This document shows, piece after piece, positions 7,600 to 16,038 of a stretch of 64,000 nt of DNA; positions within the stretch are counted from its first letter, which is position 1, and every line of letters starts with the position of its first letter. The position numbers and the translations under genes are program-made. Where the stretch lies: IMG/VR virus record IMGVR_UViG_3300036790_000419, positions 84,914 to 148,913 of that record; one strand, 5' to 3'. Below the pieces are notes generated by a model. That model saw only the letters and a list, made by a program, of their open reading frames with translations, searched no databases and was not told the origin of the DNA. This DNA comes from a virus.

Positions 7600-7641
7600 G
7601 TGATTAAACGGTACCTGGTTCTTTACCAGTGTCTAGGCACT

Positions 7642-7716
7642 GCCCCTGTAGCTCAACGGGAGAGCGCCGTCTCGACAAGGCGGAGGGAGGTGGTCCGACA
7701 CCACCTAGGGGCACCA
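7642..7716 (+). tRNA. tRNA-Val(GAC), C33
   Basis: Loop TC-GAC-AA; encoded CCA. Confidence 0.8.
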
Positions 7717-7717
7717 T

Positions 7718-7791
7718 GCACTAGTAGCTCAGCGGACAAGAGCAGCGGCCTACGGAGCCGCGTGGCGGGGGTTCGAGTCCCTCCTAGTGCA
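7718..7791 (+). tRNA. tRNA-Arg(ACG)
   Basis: Loop CT-ACG-GA. Confidence 0.9.
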
Positions 7792-7802
7792 CGCGAGTAC
7801 AA

Positions 7803-7874
7803 GGGCGCATAGCTCAGCGGAAGAGCGCTCGGTTCACACCCGAGAGGCCGGCGGTTCGATCCCTTCTGCGCCCA
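7803..7874 (+). tRNA. tRNA-Val(CAC)
   Basis: Loop TT-CAC-AC. Confidence 0.9.
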
Positions 7875-7875
7875 C

Positions 7876-7950
7876 GGTCGGTATAGCTCAACGGCAGAGC
7901 GCTGGACTGTGGCTCCAGACATACGAGTTCGATTCTCGTTACCAACCCCA
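7876..7950 (+). tRNA. tRNA-His(GTG)
   Basis: G-1/C73; encoded CCA. Confidence 0.9.
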
Positions 7951-7951
7951 T

Positions 7952-8035
7952 GGCGGAGTGACCCGAGATGGCAAGGGGGCCGGCTGTAAACCGGCTGCGC
8001 GAGCATGGCAGGTTCGAGCCCTGCGTCCGTCACCA
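7952..8035 (+). tRNA. tRNA-Tyr(GTA)
   Basis: Long variable arm; encoded CCA. Confidence 0.9.
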
Positions 8036-8036
8036 A

Positions 8037-8110
8037 GGTCTCATAGCTCAGTGGAACAGAGCACCCGCCTCCGGAGCGGGGGGCCGGCGGTTCGAGTCCG
8101 TCTGAGACCA
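8037..8110 (+). tRNA. tRNA-Arg(CCG)
   Basis: Loop CT-CCG-GA. Confidence 0.9.
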
Positions 8111-8198
8111 CGACTGAGTTCACCGCCGTGACCTGGCAGCGGGTAGCGGTGGGCCAGTAAAGCGGGGCGTGCTGCCGGCTACGCCTGCCCCGTCCAAT

Positions 8199-8274
8199 GG
8201 CGGTATGGCCGAGTGGTACAGGCGCACGCCTGCAAAACGTGCTTACCCGGGTCCGATTCCCGGTGCCGCCTCCA
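8199..8274 (+). tRNA. tRNA-Cys(GCA)
   Basis: U73; encoded CCA. Confidence 0.9.
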
Positions 8275-8275
8275 G

Positions 8276-8348
8276 GACCCTGTAGCTCAGCGGACAGAGC
8301 TGCTTCCCCCTAAGGAGCGAGTCGCTGGTTCGAGTCCAGCCAGGGCCG
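8276..8348 (+). tRNA. tRNA-Arg(CCT), C33
   Basis: Loop CC-CCT-AA. Confidence 0.85.
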
Positions 8349-8481
8349 CCTTCGGTGCTCACGCTGTGGCAGCCTGGAGACGGGAGACCGGGTACGGGCT
8401 CGGCTTCGCGGGTCTGAGATCGTTTCCGGTCTCCCGTCACACCAGGGTACATGCACATCACTGCGTTACGCTGGCCCTATT

Positions 8482-8518
8482 ACTCCCTGTTGTCCTCTTG
8501 AGGCTGACAGGGGTTTTT
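8482..8518 (+). terminator. intrinsic terminator closing the tRNA operon
   Basis: CCCTGTTG..CCTC/GAGG..TGACAGGG hairpin plus T-run. Confidence 0.7.
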
Positions 8519-8629
8519 GCGTTCCGGTCACGTTTTGAGGGAAACAGTTCCGCCGGCCGGCGGGGTGCGACATAGTGGACTGTTTCCCCGTGACAAGCAC
8601 AGGGGGCCTATGAGTGAGGGGTTTTACCT

Positions 8630-9565
8630 ATGAAGCTCAGCAGGCGGCTTGCTGCCGTCATTGCGGTACCTGCCCTGGCGCTGGGGACCGGGCTGGCCGC
8701 GGCCGGCACCGCGCACGCCGCGCCAGGTGTCACCCAGCCCGCTGTGACCGACACCTGGGGTTTCGCCGGCGACGAGGCCGCGGCTAACTCCGGGACCAAT
8801 TTCACCCACTTCTCCGCCCTGGTCGGCGCGGGCACGCAGTACAGCGCGGCCAACCCGGCGCTGCCGTCTGTCGGCAGCGTGCTGAACGGCGCGGGCTCCG
8901 CCTGGCACCCGGTACCGCTGAGCGGCTCGCTGGGCAGGGCGCTGGCCTCGGTTGAGGCTGCGGGCCTGCAGTTCGGCGCGCACGGCAGCGAGACCGCCTC
9001 GCTGGGCGTGCTGCGGGCTGGCAGCCGCAATGACGTGGTGGCCGTCATCACCGGCCACGGCAGCCTTTCCTACGCGGTGCTGGCCTCCTACCCGGTGGCG
9101 GACACCGTCGGCCTGGACCTGCTGCACGACGGCAGATCGGCCTACACGTTCCGTGGCCGGCACATCCAGGCTGGCGCGGTGGCGTTCAGCACCGAGGACG
9201 TCCGCGCCGGCATCAGCTCGGTGAAGACGATCGACAGCTCGCACGTCAGCGGCGGCGTCATCAGCGGCGGCTTCCACACCGCCCTGGGCGGCATCCTGTC
9301 CGGTGCCCGCGCGGCGCAGGGCGGCGTCAGCGCGTTCGCCTCTGACCCGGTGCCCGACACCGCCGGCGGCATCGTGGTCCGGCTGGCGCACCTGCACCTG
9401 GACGCCAACGCCACCGCGGGCGAGACCTTCTCCGAGGGCTTCCAGTCCGGCGCGGCCTGGGCGGTCATCCCGTACGCGGCCTCGGTGAGCAACCGCACCG
9501 TCGCGGAGTCCACCGTCTTCGCCTCCGACCACATCTCGGTCGCGGAGCTGAGCACGCAGCACTAG
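8630..9565 (+). CDS. secreted protein of unknown function
   Basis: Signal peptide MKLSRRLAAVIAVPALALG...AHA; SD GAGGGG; palindromic hairpin 9583-9616 after the stop. Confidence 0.75.
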   Translation: MKLSRRLAAVIAVPALALGTGLAAAGTAHAAPGVTQPAVTDTWGFAGDEAAANSGTNFTHFSALVGAGTQYSAANPALPSVGSVLNGAGSAWHPVPLSGSLGRALASVEAAGLQFGAHGSETASLGVLRAGSRNDVVAVITGHGSLSYAVLASYPVADTVGLDLLHDGRSAYTFRGRHIQAGAVAFSTEDVRAGISSVKTIDSSHVSGGVISGGFHTALGGILSGARAAQGGVSAFASDPVPDTAGGIVVRLAHLHLDANATAGETFSEGFQSGAAWAVIPYAASVSNRTVAESTVFASDHISVAELSTQH

Positions 9566-9637
9566 CCAGCCCTGTCTCACGCGGGCAGCCCCGGGCGACG
9601 TCGCCCGGGGCTGCCTGTGCTTCCCGATTAACCGGGC

Positions 9638-9937
9638 ATGCACCTCACGGGAATGTGGCACGAGTTCATGGCCGCCGCCGGCAATGCCCCGGGCGCGCAG
9701 AAGGGTGACGTCATCGTCACCCTGATGGACCCGGTCGGCGGGGTCGGCGAGGTCACGGTCCCCAGCAGTGACGTGACCATCGCGGCCGAGGCCGGCAACC
9801 TGATCGGCGTGCAGCTCAAGATGCCGGACGGGCGCCGCCTGTTCGTGTCCGCAGCCAACCTGGCCGGCATGATCGACGCGCCGCGCGAGGAGGCCCGGGA
9901 GGACAAGCCGGCCCGGGCGCGGCAGCCTGGCAGGTAG
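9638..9937 (+). CDS. hypothetical protein
   Basis: GC3-rich; CCGATTA 7 nt upstream. Confidence 0.7.
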   Translation: MHLTGMWHEFMAAAGNAPGAQKGDVIVTLMDPVGGVGEVTVPSSDVTIAAEAGNLIGVQLKMPDGRRLFVSAANLAGMIDAPREEAREDKPARARQPGR

Positions 9938-9953
9938 CCCCGATTAAGGGGGC

Positions 9954-11552
9954 ATGACTACACCGGGCGGCGGGCAGGGCTCCTACAGCTCCAGCGTGCA
10001 GCCGCCTGGTGGCCTCGGGGTTAGCAGTCAGGGCTACGGCCAGGAGGGCTACGTCCTGCAGGACGAGCAGACGCTTGTCCAGCCGCCCGACGAAGCTCTC
10101 AATTTTGCCACCGGCGTCCCGTACTTCCTCCCCTTCGCCACCCCGTACCGGGACTCGTGGGAGGTCTTCCGCGACGACCCGGTCAGCATCCGCCAGCTGG
10201 TCACCATGCGCCGCCGCGACGGCCAGGCCAGGGCGCTGTACCGGCTGCTGACCAAGCCGCTGCTGAGCGCGATGAAGAACGCCGACGTGGTGCCCGCCGA
10301 CGGGGTGACCGGCGGGGTGGAGGAGGCCCGGTTCTGCAAGGACCTGCTGTTCGCGCCGCGGGCGCAGGGCGGCATGTCTCAGTCGTTTGACAAATTCGTC
10401 AAGCAGATGCTGCTCGCGCTGTTCAACGGGTTCAGCGCCTGGGAGATGGTCTACTGGGTCCCCAAGACCGGGCCGAACAAGGGCAAGTGGACGCTGCGCA
10501 AGATGGACTGGCGCCCTTCGGAGACCCTCACCTTCCTGCTTGACGGCCAGGGCGAGTTCAACGGCTTCCGGCAGCGCACGTTCTTCCAGGGCCGGACGAT
10601 CGACGTCAAGATCGCGAAAGAGACCGCGCTGTACTACGCGCACGAGGAAGCCGAGCGGCCGTTCTACGGCGTGTCCATGTTCGAGAGCGCCTTCTACCAC
10701 TACGACAAGAAGGAGAAGCTCTACTACATCGCTCACCTGGCGGCGCAGCGGGCCGCGGTGGGCCTGCGGGTGGGCACGATGGTGCCGAATGCCCCGGCTG
10801 AGGACAAGAACAACTTCATCCGGGCGCTGGCCCAGCTCGGGCTCGCGCAGTACATCGCGCTGCCCACCGCCGACTGGACGGTGCAGACCCTCAACGAGTC
10901 AGCCAGCCGGTTCGACTTCCTGGGGCTGATCAACCACCACAACAGCCAGATGTCCAAGAGCGTTCTCGCCCAGTGGTTCGACAACGAGCAGGGAGGCGGC
11001 CAGGGGGACAGCACGCTGGTCGACTTCGGCAAGCAGGACGACGTCACCTACTTCCTGATGCTGGAGGGCATCCTGGAGGAGATGGCCGGGATCATCACCG
11101 ACCACATCTTCCCGCGCTTCGTCGACTGGAACTTCGGCTCCGGCAAGTACCCGCAGTTCAAGTGGGGCCCGCTGACCGAGGAGGCCAAGGCCGCCATCCA
11201 GGACACGTTCGACAAGCTGGCCACCGCCGGCCAGCAGGCCAACGTCACGCCGGAGTTCATGCTCGACCTGGAGCAGCGGATGGCCGTCGACTTCGGGTTC
11301 GACATCGACTACGACAAGATCAAGGCGGACCGCGAGAAGCAGCAGAAGCAGATGGCCGCCCAGCAGAAGCAGATGGCCGCCCAGGCCCAGCAGCAGGCGC
11401 AGAACCCGGTCCAGGCCGGGAAGGGCGGGTCCCCCCAGCAGCCGGTGGTGCACATCAAGGTCCCGGTCGGCTCCCAGACTTCCGCCACCGGCACGTCGGC
11501 CTCCGGCGGCAGCGCGGTCGGCCAGCGCAGCGGGAACGGGCTAGACAGGTGA
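9954..11552 (+). CDS. portal protein (Mu gp29/DUF935-like)
   Basis: Position and size; ALFNGFSAWEMVY, ERPFYGVSMFESA, INHHNSQMSKSVLAQ motifs. Confidence 0.85.
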   Translation: MTTPGGGQGSYSSSVQPPGGLGVSSQGYGQEGYVLQDEQTLVQPPDEALNFATGVPYFLPFATPYRDSWEVFRDDPVSIRQLVTMRRRDGQARALYRLLTKPLLSAMKNADVVPADGVTGGVEEARFCKDLLFAPRAQGGMSQSFDKFVKQMLLALFNGFSAWEMVYWVPKTGPNKGKWTLRKMDWRPSETLTFLLDGQGEFNGFRQRTFFQGRTIDVKIAKETALYYAHEEAERPFYGVSMFESAFYHYDKKEKLYYIAHLAAQRAAVGLRVGTMVPNAPAEDKNNFIRALAQLGLAQYIALPTADWTVQTLNESASRFDFLGLINHHNSQMSKSVLAQWFDNEQGGGQGDSTLVDFGKQDDVTYFLMLEGILEEMAGIITDHIFPRFVDWNFGSGKYPQFKWGPLTEEAKAAIQDTFDKLATAGQQANVTPEFMLDLEQRMAVDFGFDIDYDKIKADREKQQKQMAAQQKQMAAQAQQQAQNPVQAGKGGSPQQPVVHIKVPVGSQTSATGTSASGGSAVGQRSGNGLDR

Positions 11553-11851
11553 GCGCGCACGAGGCCATGGCGGCGCTCGCCCGCGACCTGGTCGAGGAGC
11601 TGGCGGCCGGGCGGGCACTGGAGCTGGCCGCTCAGGCCCAGGGGCCGGGGGCGCCCCCGGCCGCGCCCTTGCCCCCGGTACCGCCCGCGAAGACCGGGGC
11701 CGGGGCCGTGTACCCGCAGCTCGGCAGCGCGCTGCTGGTCCCGCCCGGCGATACCATCTCCGGCCTTGCCTACGCGCACCTGCAGCCGCCTCAGCCGCCT
11801 GGTGCCCCGGGCGGCCAGCCGGGCGCGCGGCCTCCGATTGCCGGTCAGTGA
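11549..11851 (+). CDS. Pro-rich hypothetical protein
   Basis: GTGA overlaps at both ends. Confidence 0.55.
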   Translation: MSAHEAMAALARDLVEELAAGRALELAAQAQGPGAPPAAPLPPVPPAKTGAGAVYPQLGSALLVPPGDTISGLAYAHLQPPQPPGAPGGQPGARPPIAGQ

Positions 11852-12306
11852 CCGACGACCGTCTGATGCGCCAGCAGGCCCCGTATCCCGAAGCCCTCGC
11901 TTACCTGGTGGAGCGCCTTGAGTACCGGCCAGGCTGGGAGTTCCGCCTTGCGGACGCCGACCGGGGCCAGGGTAGCGCGGGCCTCACCCTGACCATCACG
12001 ACACGGGGGTACGACAGCAGGCACCCTGACCGGGGTGAGAACTACCGGGTGGACCACTACATGCTGGTGCCGCCGGCCGCCTACGACCTCCGGTCGTGGC
12101 AGCACTGGCTATTTGAGCAGCTGCTCCTCGTTGAGCGGCACGAGGCCATGGAGTTCTTCGCCGTTCACGACTCGCCGGGCAGCGAGCACCTGGTGCGCCC
12201 GCTGTCCCCGAGTCACGGGCCGGGTAACGATCCTTACCTTGTCCGTGAGGTCGGTACTGATGTTGACCAGCGCACCAGCTTTCGCGGCGTCCTGAACCCG
12301 GGGTAG
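11848..12306 (+). CDS. hypothetical protein
   Basis: GC3-rich; CCGATTG 7 nt upstream. Confidence 0.7.
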   Translation: MTDDRLMRQQAPYPEALAYLVERLEYRPGWEFRLADADRGQGSAGLTLTITTRGYDSRHPDRGENYRVDHYMLVPPAAYDLRSWQHWLFEQLLLVERHEAMEFFAVHDSPGSEHLVRPLSPSHGPGNDPYLVREVGTDVDQRTSFRGVLNPG

Positions 12307-13313
12307 TGGCGGACCCCGGGCAGCAGGCCGCGGCAGCCGTGCGCCAGTCGGCGGCGGGGGCGGCCGGGTACCTCGCGTTGGTCACCCGCAGCAACCCGCT
12401 CGGCTCGGCCGACGACCTGCTGCGCCGCCCCGACACTGACGCGGTCCTGCGGCAGGCACTGGACGAGGCGCGCTCGGCGGCGGGTGAACTAGTCCGCCAG
12501 GCCTGGGACGACTCGGGCGCCGTGAGCGGCGACGACGAGACACTGAACGACCTGCTGGACGACATCGGCAAGATCTTCGGTGAACTAGCCCGCCTGCGCG
12601 GCCTTGTCCGGCACGCCCACGCCTCGGTCCCGCCGCGCGTCTTTATCCGCGGCGTGCACTCCCCGGGCGAGCACCCGTCCCAGAGAGCCGCCGAGGAGCG
12701 CGCGGACGCCGTGCGGGACGCTCTCCTCGGCTGGGGCCGCCAGGCTGCCCTGAGGGCCCGCATGGCCGCGCACGCAGCCGCTGGCGCCGGCGCGTCGGCT
12801 GCGGTTCTCGCCGGCGGCCTGGCCCGCGAGGCCGCCGGCGAGAAGCTGCGCAAGCGGTGGCGGGCGCACGCCGAGAGCCCGTCGTGCTGCTACTGGTGCC
12901 GGAAGCTGAACGGGGTGACGATTGGCCTGCGCGAGTCGTTCGCCCCGTACCTGGGAGGCCCGGTGGCGATGCCGCAGTCCCGCGAGCGGCGCGTGGCCAC
13001 GCGAGCGGGGGCCGCGCGGTACGGCCTGCCGGCGGGCTCTAGGATCGTCTACACGCACCCGCCGCGCCCGTACCACGGTAAGCTTCAGGGACCGTTGCTC
13101 CACCCCTTCTGCAGGTGCTGGCTGGAAATCGTACGTACTGGCGATTCCGTCAGGGTGCCTGTGGACGGCGGCCCGGCACCGGAGAAGTTCATGTCCGCGG
13201 ACGACATCCGGGACATGCCCGAAGACGGCTACCAGGCTGACCTCGCGTTCCTGCGGGCGGCCGTCCACGAGCTGGACCAGGTACTGAAGAGACTGGCTGA
13301 GGGTGGTGGCTGA
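12306..13313 (+). CDS. MuF-like minor head protein
   Basis: SCCYWCRKLNG ... PLLHPFCRC motif; follows the portal. Confidence 0.75.
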   Translation: MADPGQQAAAAVRQSAAGAAGYLALVTRSNPLGSADDLLRRPDTDAVLRQALDEARSAAGELVRQAWDDSGAVSGDDETLNDLLDDIGKIFGELARLRGLVRHAHASVPPRVFIRGVHSPGEHPSQRAAEERADAVRDALLGWGRQAALRARMAAHAAAGAGASAAVLAGGLAREAAGEKLRKRWRAHAESPSCCYWCRKLNGVTIGLRESFAPYLGGPVAMPQSRERRVATRAGAARYGLPAGSRIVYTHPPRPYHGKLQGPLLHPFCRCWLEIVRTGDSVRVPVDGGPAPEKFMSADDIRDMPEDGYQADLAFLRAAVHELDQVLKRLAEGGG

Positions 13314-13539
13314 CAAGACGCGCCAGTGGTTCGCGGACAGTACCGTTTCCTACGCGCTGGGCGTGCTCGCACTGTTCGAGTACGCGAGGGCACACGGGGT
13401 GAAGTACGTTTTCGGGCCGCTGGACACGCACTCGATGACCGACGGGGGACTCACCGTCTCCGGTGCCGAGCACGACCTGGACCAGGCCGCCGCCGTGCTC
13501 GCCGGGGTTCCCGGGCTGGTGGAGTACGAGCCCGATTAG
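13303..13539 (+). CDS. hypothetical protein
   Basis: Coupled GC3-rich ORF. Confidence 0.6.
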   Translation: MVADKTRQWFADSTVSYALGVLALFEYARAHGVKYVFGPLDTHSMTDGGLTVSGAEHDLDQAAAVLAGVPGLVEYEPD

Positions 13540-13689
13540 CTGTCCGTGGACAGCGAGTGGGCGATCCGGGACGACGGGGAGTGGGCGGTCAGGGAAGAGC
13601 CGCCGCCGGAAGACGAAAGCAGCTCCCGGGCCGGCGATGACCCGGGAGCTGCTAGCGCTGACGGTACTGCGGCCCCTGACGCTGGCGAG

Positions 13690-13893
13690 TTACGAGCCGA
13701 GCTTGTCGAACTCACCCTTGTTCACGCCACCGAGGAAGGCGTGCCACTCATCCGGAGTGAAGCGGAGCACCGCCCCGTCCCGGTCACGGCTGTTGCGGAC
13801 GCCCACTACCCCGTTGCCGAGGTCCGCCGCTTCCACGCAGTTGCCGTTCGCGAAGCTCAGGGAACTCTTGACCCATTCAGGATCGGGTGCCAT
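13690..13893 (-). CDS. DUF397 (BldB-like) protein
   Basis: WVKSSLSFANGNCVEAA..VGVRNSRD..LRFTPDEWHAFLGGV signature; SD AGGAG. Confidence 0.85.
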   Translation of the reverse strand: MAPDPEWVKSSLSFANGNCVEAADLGNGVVGVRNSRDRDGAVLRFTPDEWHAFLGGVNKGEFDKLGS

Positions 13894-13973
13894 ACACATT
13901 CTCCTGCCGTAGCTACCGAAAGTTGCAGCAGAGCCCATCTTGCCTGCTAACTAGACTCAAGTCAAGAGGAAGC

Positions 13974-14189
13974 ATGATCGCCAAGTCCCGCGAGGGCATA
14001 CCGGCCGAAGCAGCCGAGATCGCTGACCGCCTGGAAGCGGCCGGGCTGGACGACGCGGCGGCCAGCGTGCGCCGGGCCGCGCGGGTGGCGAGGACCGATC
14101 CCGCGCTGGCGGAGTCCATCCTGCGCGAGGCGGCCGATGACCTCATGGCCCGCAGTCCCGCCTACAGCCACCGGCGCAAAACCCCGTAG
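13974..14189 (+). CDS. small helical hypothetical protein
   Basis: SD GAGGA then ATG. Confidence 0.55.
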   Translation: MIAKSREGIPAEAAEIADRLEAAGLDDAAASVRRAARVARTDPALAESILREAADDLMARSPAYSHRRKTP

Positions 14190-14204
14190 TCCGATAACAG
14201 GGGC

Positions 14205-15320
14205 ATGCTCGATGACCTGCGCTGCATCATCCCGTCGCCTTCGGAGCAGACGTTTTCTCCTGTCGATGACGTGCCTGTAGCGCTGGCACGCACCAGGCGG
14301 GTGACCGGCAGGCTCTTTGAGAAGCACATCCTCAACATGGGCGACCTGATCCACCCCAAGACCGGGGAGAAGATCCGGGTCGACGACGCCTTCGTGGCGT
14401 CGCTGCAGGACAACTTCACCCGGGGCGTGTGCGACATCGTGCAGGTCCCGCTGGCCAACGACCAGAACCAGCACGTGGAGAACCCGGGCGCCAACCTGGG
14501 CGAGGTCGTCGGCATCAGCGCGCGCGGCAAGAAGGTGTACGCGCTGCTCGACGCGCGCCAGGACGCGGAGAAGTTCGGCAAGACCTACCTGGGCGCCTCA
14601 GCGTTCCTGAGCACGAACTACACCGACAGCGCGACCGGCAAGAAGGCAGGCCCCACCCTGCTGCACGTGGCGGTCACCAACCGGCCCTACGTGACCGGCC
14701 TGGACGACTACAAGGAAGTCCTGGCCGCGTCGGCCGATAGCACAGGCGAAGTTGTCGTCCTGACTCCCGCGCCGCCGGAGGAAACCGTGCCGCTTACCAG
14801 GGAAGAGCTGCTCGCCGCTCTGAAGAACGAGCACGGCATCGACGTGGCCGCGCTGCAGGCCGCTGCCCCGCCCGCGCCGGACACCGCCGCGCTGACCGCC
14901 TCCGTCGTGCAGGCGCTCAAGGACGCCGGCATGGTGGGCCTGAGCGCTGATCCCGGCCAGGTGAGCCTGTCCGACGTCACCGCCGCGGTGGTCGAGCTGG
15001 CCGGCAGCAACAAGGGCCTGCGCAGCGAGGTGGACGGGCTGAAGCTGGCCGCCGCCGCGACCGAGGTGGACGGCTACATCGGCGCCGGCCGGCTGCTGCC
15101 GAAGACGCGCGAGACCGCCATCGAGATGGCACTGTCCAACCGTGCCGGGCTGGACTCGATCCTCGCTCCCGAGGACAAGCCCTACGTCGCCCTCGGCGTG
15201 CAGAAGGGCGTCTCCGGCCCGGACGGCGAGCAGCGCCAGGAGCAGGACGTCGATGCTGAGCTGGCGCGGCTGGCCGCGGAGCACAAGGAGTTCTTCACTC
15301 CGGACGGCACCCGGAACTGA
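14205..15320 (+). CDS. Mu gpI-like capsid maturation protease with C-terminal scaffold
   Basis: LLHVAVTNRPYVTGL motif; coiled-coil C-terminal half. Confidence 0.8.
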   Translation: MLDDLRCIIPSPSEQTFSPVDDVPVALARTRRVTGRLFEKHILNMGDLIHPKTGEKIRVDDAFVASLQDNFTRGVCDIVQVPLANDQNQHVENPGANLGEVVGISARGKKVYALLDARQDAEKFGKTYLGASAFLSTNYTDSATGKKAGPTLLHVAVTNRPYVTGLDDYKEVLAASADSTGEVVVLTPAPPEETVPLTREELLAALKNEHGIDVAALQAAAPPAPDTAALTASVVQALKDAGMVGLSADPGQVSLSDVTAAVVELAGSNKGLRSEVDGLKLAAAATEVDGYIGAGRLLPKTRETAIEMALSNRAGLDSILAPEDKPYVALGVQKGVSGPDGEQRQEQDVDAELARLAAEHKEFFTPDGTRN

Positions 15321-15348
15321 CCGGGTTTAGCGACGAGGAGCGCGGCAG

Positions 15349-16038
15349 ATGCCATCCAACGACAGCTTCGAGTTCGACTACCCGCCGGGTTACGTCAAGC
15401 CGACGCACGAGTACGGCCAGTCGTACGGCGACGAGTTCCACGCTGAGGCGGTTCAGGAACTCCTGCTGTCCTATGCCGGCTTCACCCAGCGGGGCGTCAC
15501 CCTGGCGGCCGGGCAGGGCGTGCTGCCGACTGGCTGCATCATCGCCCGGCACGTCGCCTCCGGCCGGTACTTCTCCTACCAGGCGGGCGCCACCGACGGG
15601 CGGCAGGTCCCGGTCGGCGTGCTGCGCGACTCCCGTGACACCGGCGGCCCCGGCGCGGCGAGCCTGTCCGCCTTCAACGCCGGCACCAACGGCGTGAACC
15701 CGGACGGCATCACGCTGGTCGGCGGCGCGGTCGTCTTCCCGGCGAGCCCGGGCGGCAAGGTGGCGACCGACGCGCTCGGCAACATGGTGGTGCGCGGCAT
15801 CCTCAACGGCAACGTGGTCTCCGGCACCGACACGACCAACATCATCAACGGGCGCGGCCTCGGCTCCGGGGTCGGCCAGTCGATGGTGCTGCTCGGCGCG
15901 CGGTACGTGCCCTACGGCGGCGCGGTCTCCGGTGCCTCCCTCGGTGCCCCGTTCCCCGGCGGCCCGATGGACGGCGTGCCGCCGAGCAACGCGGGCGTGG
16001 TGCCGACCGGCGTCGGGGTCTCGGCGTTTATTTTCTGA
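15349..16038 (+). CDS. head decoration protein (lambda gpD-like)
   Basis: GVTLAAGQGVLPTGCII..PVGVL; lies between protease and capsid. Confidence 0.65.
   Translation: MPSNDSFEFDYPPGYVKPTHEYGQSYGDEFHAEAVQELLLSYAGFTQRGVTLAAGQGVLPTGCIIARHVASGRYFSYQAGATDGRQVPVGVLRDSRDTGGPGAASLSAFNAGTNGVNPDGITLVGGAVVFPASPGGKVATDALGNMVVRGILNGNVVSGTDTTNIINGRGLGSGVGQSMVLLGARYVPYGGAVSGASLGAPFPGGPMDGVPPSNAGVVPTGVGVSAFIF

Noticed and set aside
6666-8348. Amber-suppressor (CTA) reading of Arg(TCT) and Arg(CCT)
   Set aside because: Stem pairing fixes 7-nt loops centred on TCT and CCT.
3445-8350. Complete tmRNA, or HDV-like (theta) or hammerhead ribozymes after tRNAs
   Set aside because: I could not find a contiguous tmRNA or the catalytic-core consensus by eye; not excluded without a covariance search.
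3259-8575. ORF-track entries of 60-250 aa across the tRNA array
   Set aside because: They are translations of tRNA and structured RNA, without coding-type codon bias.
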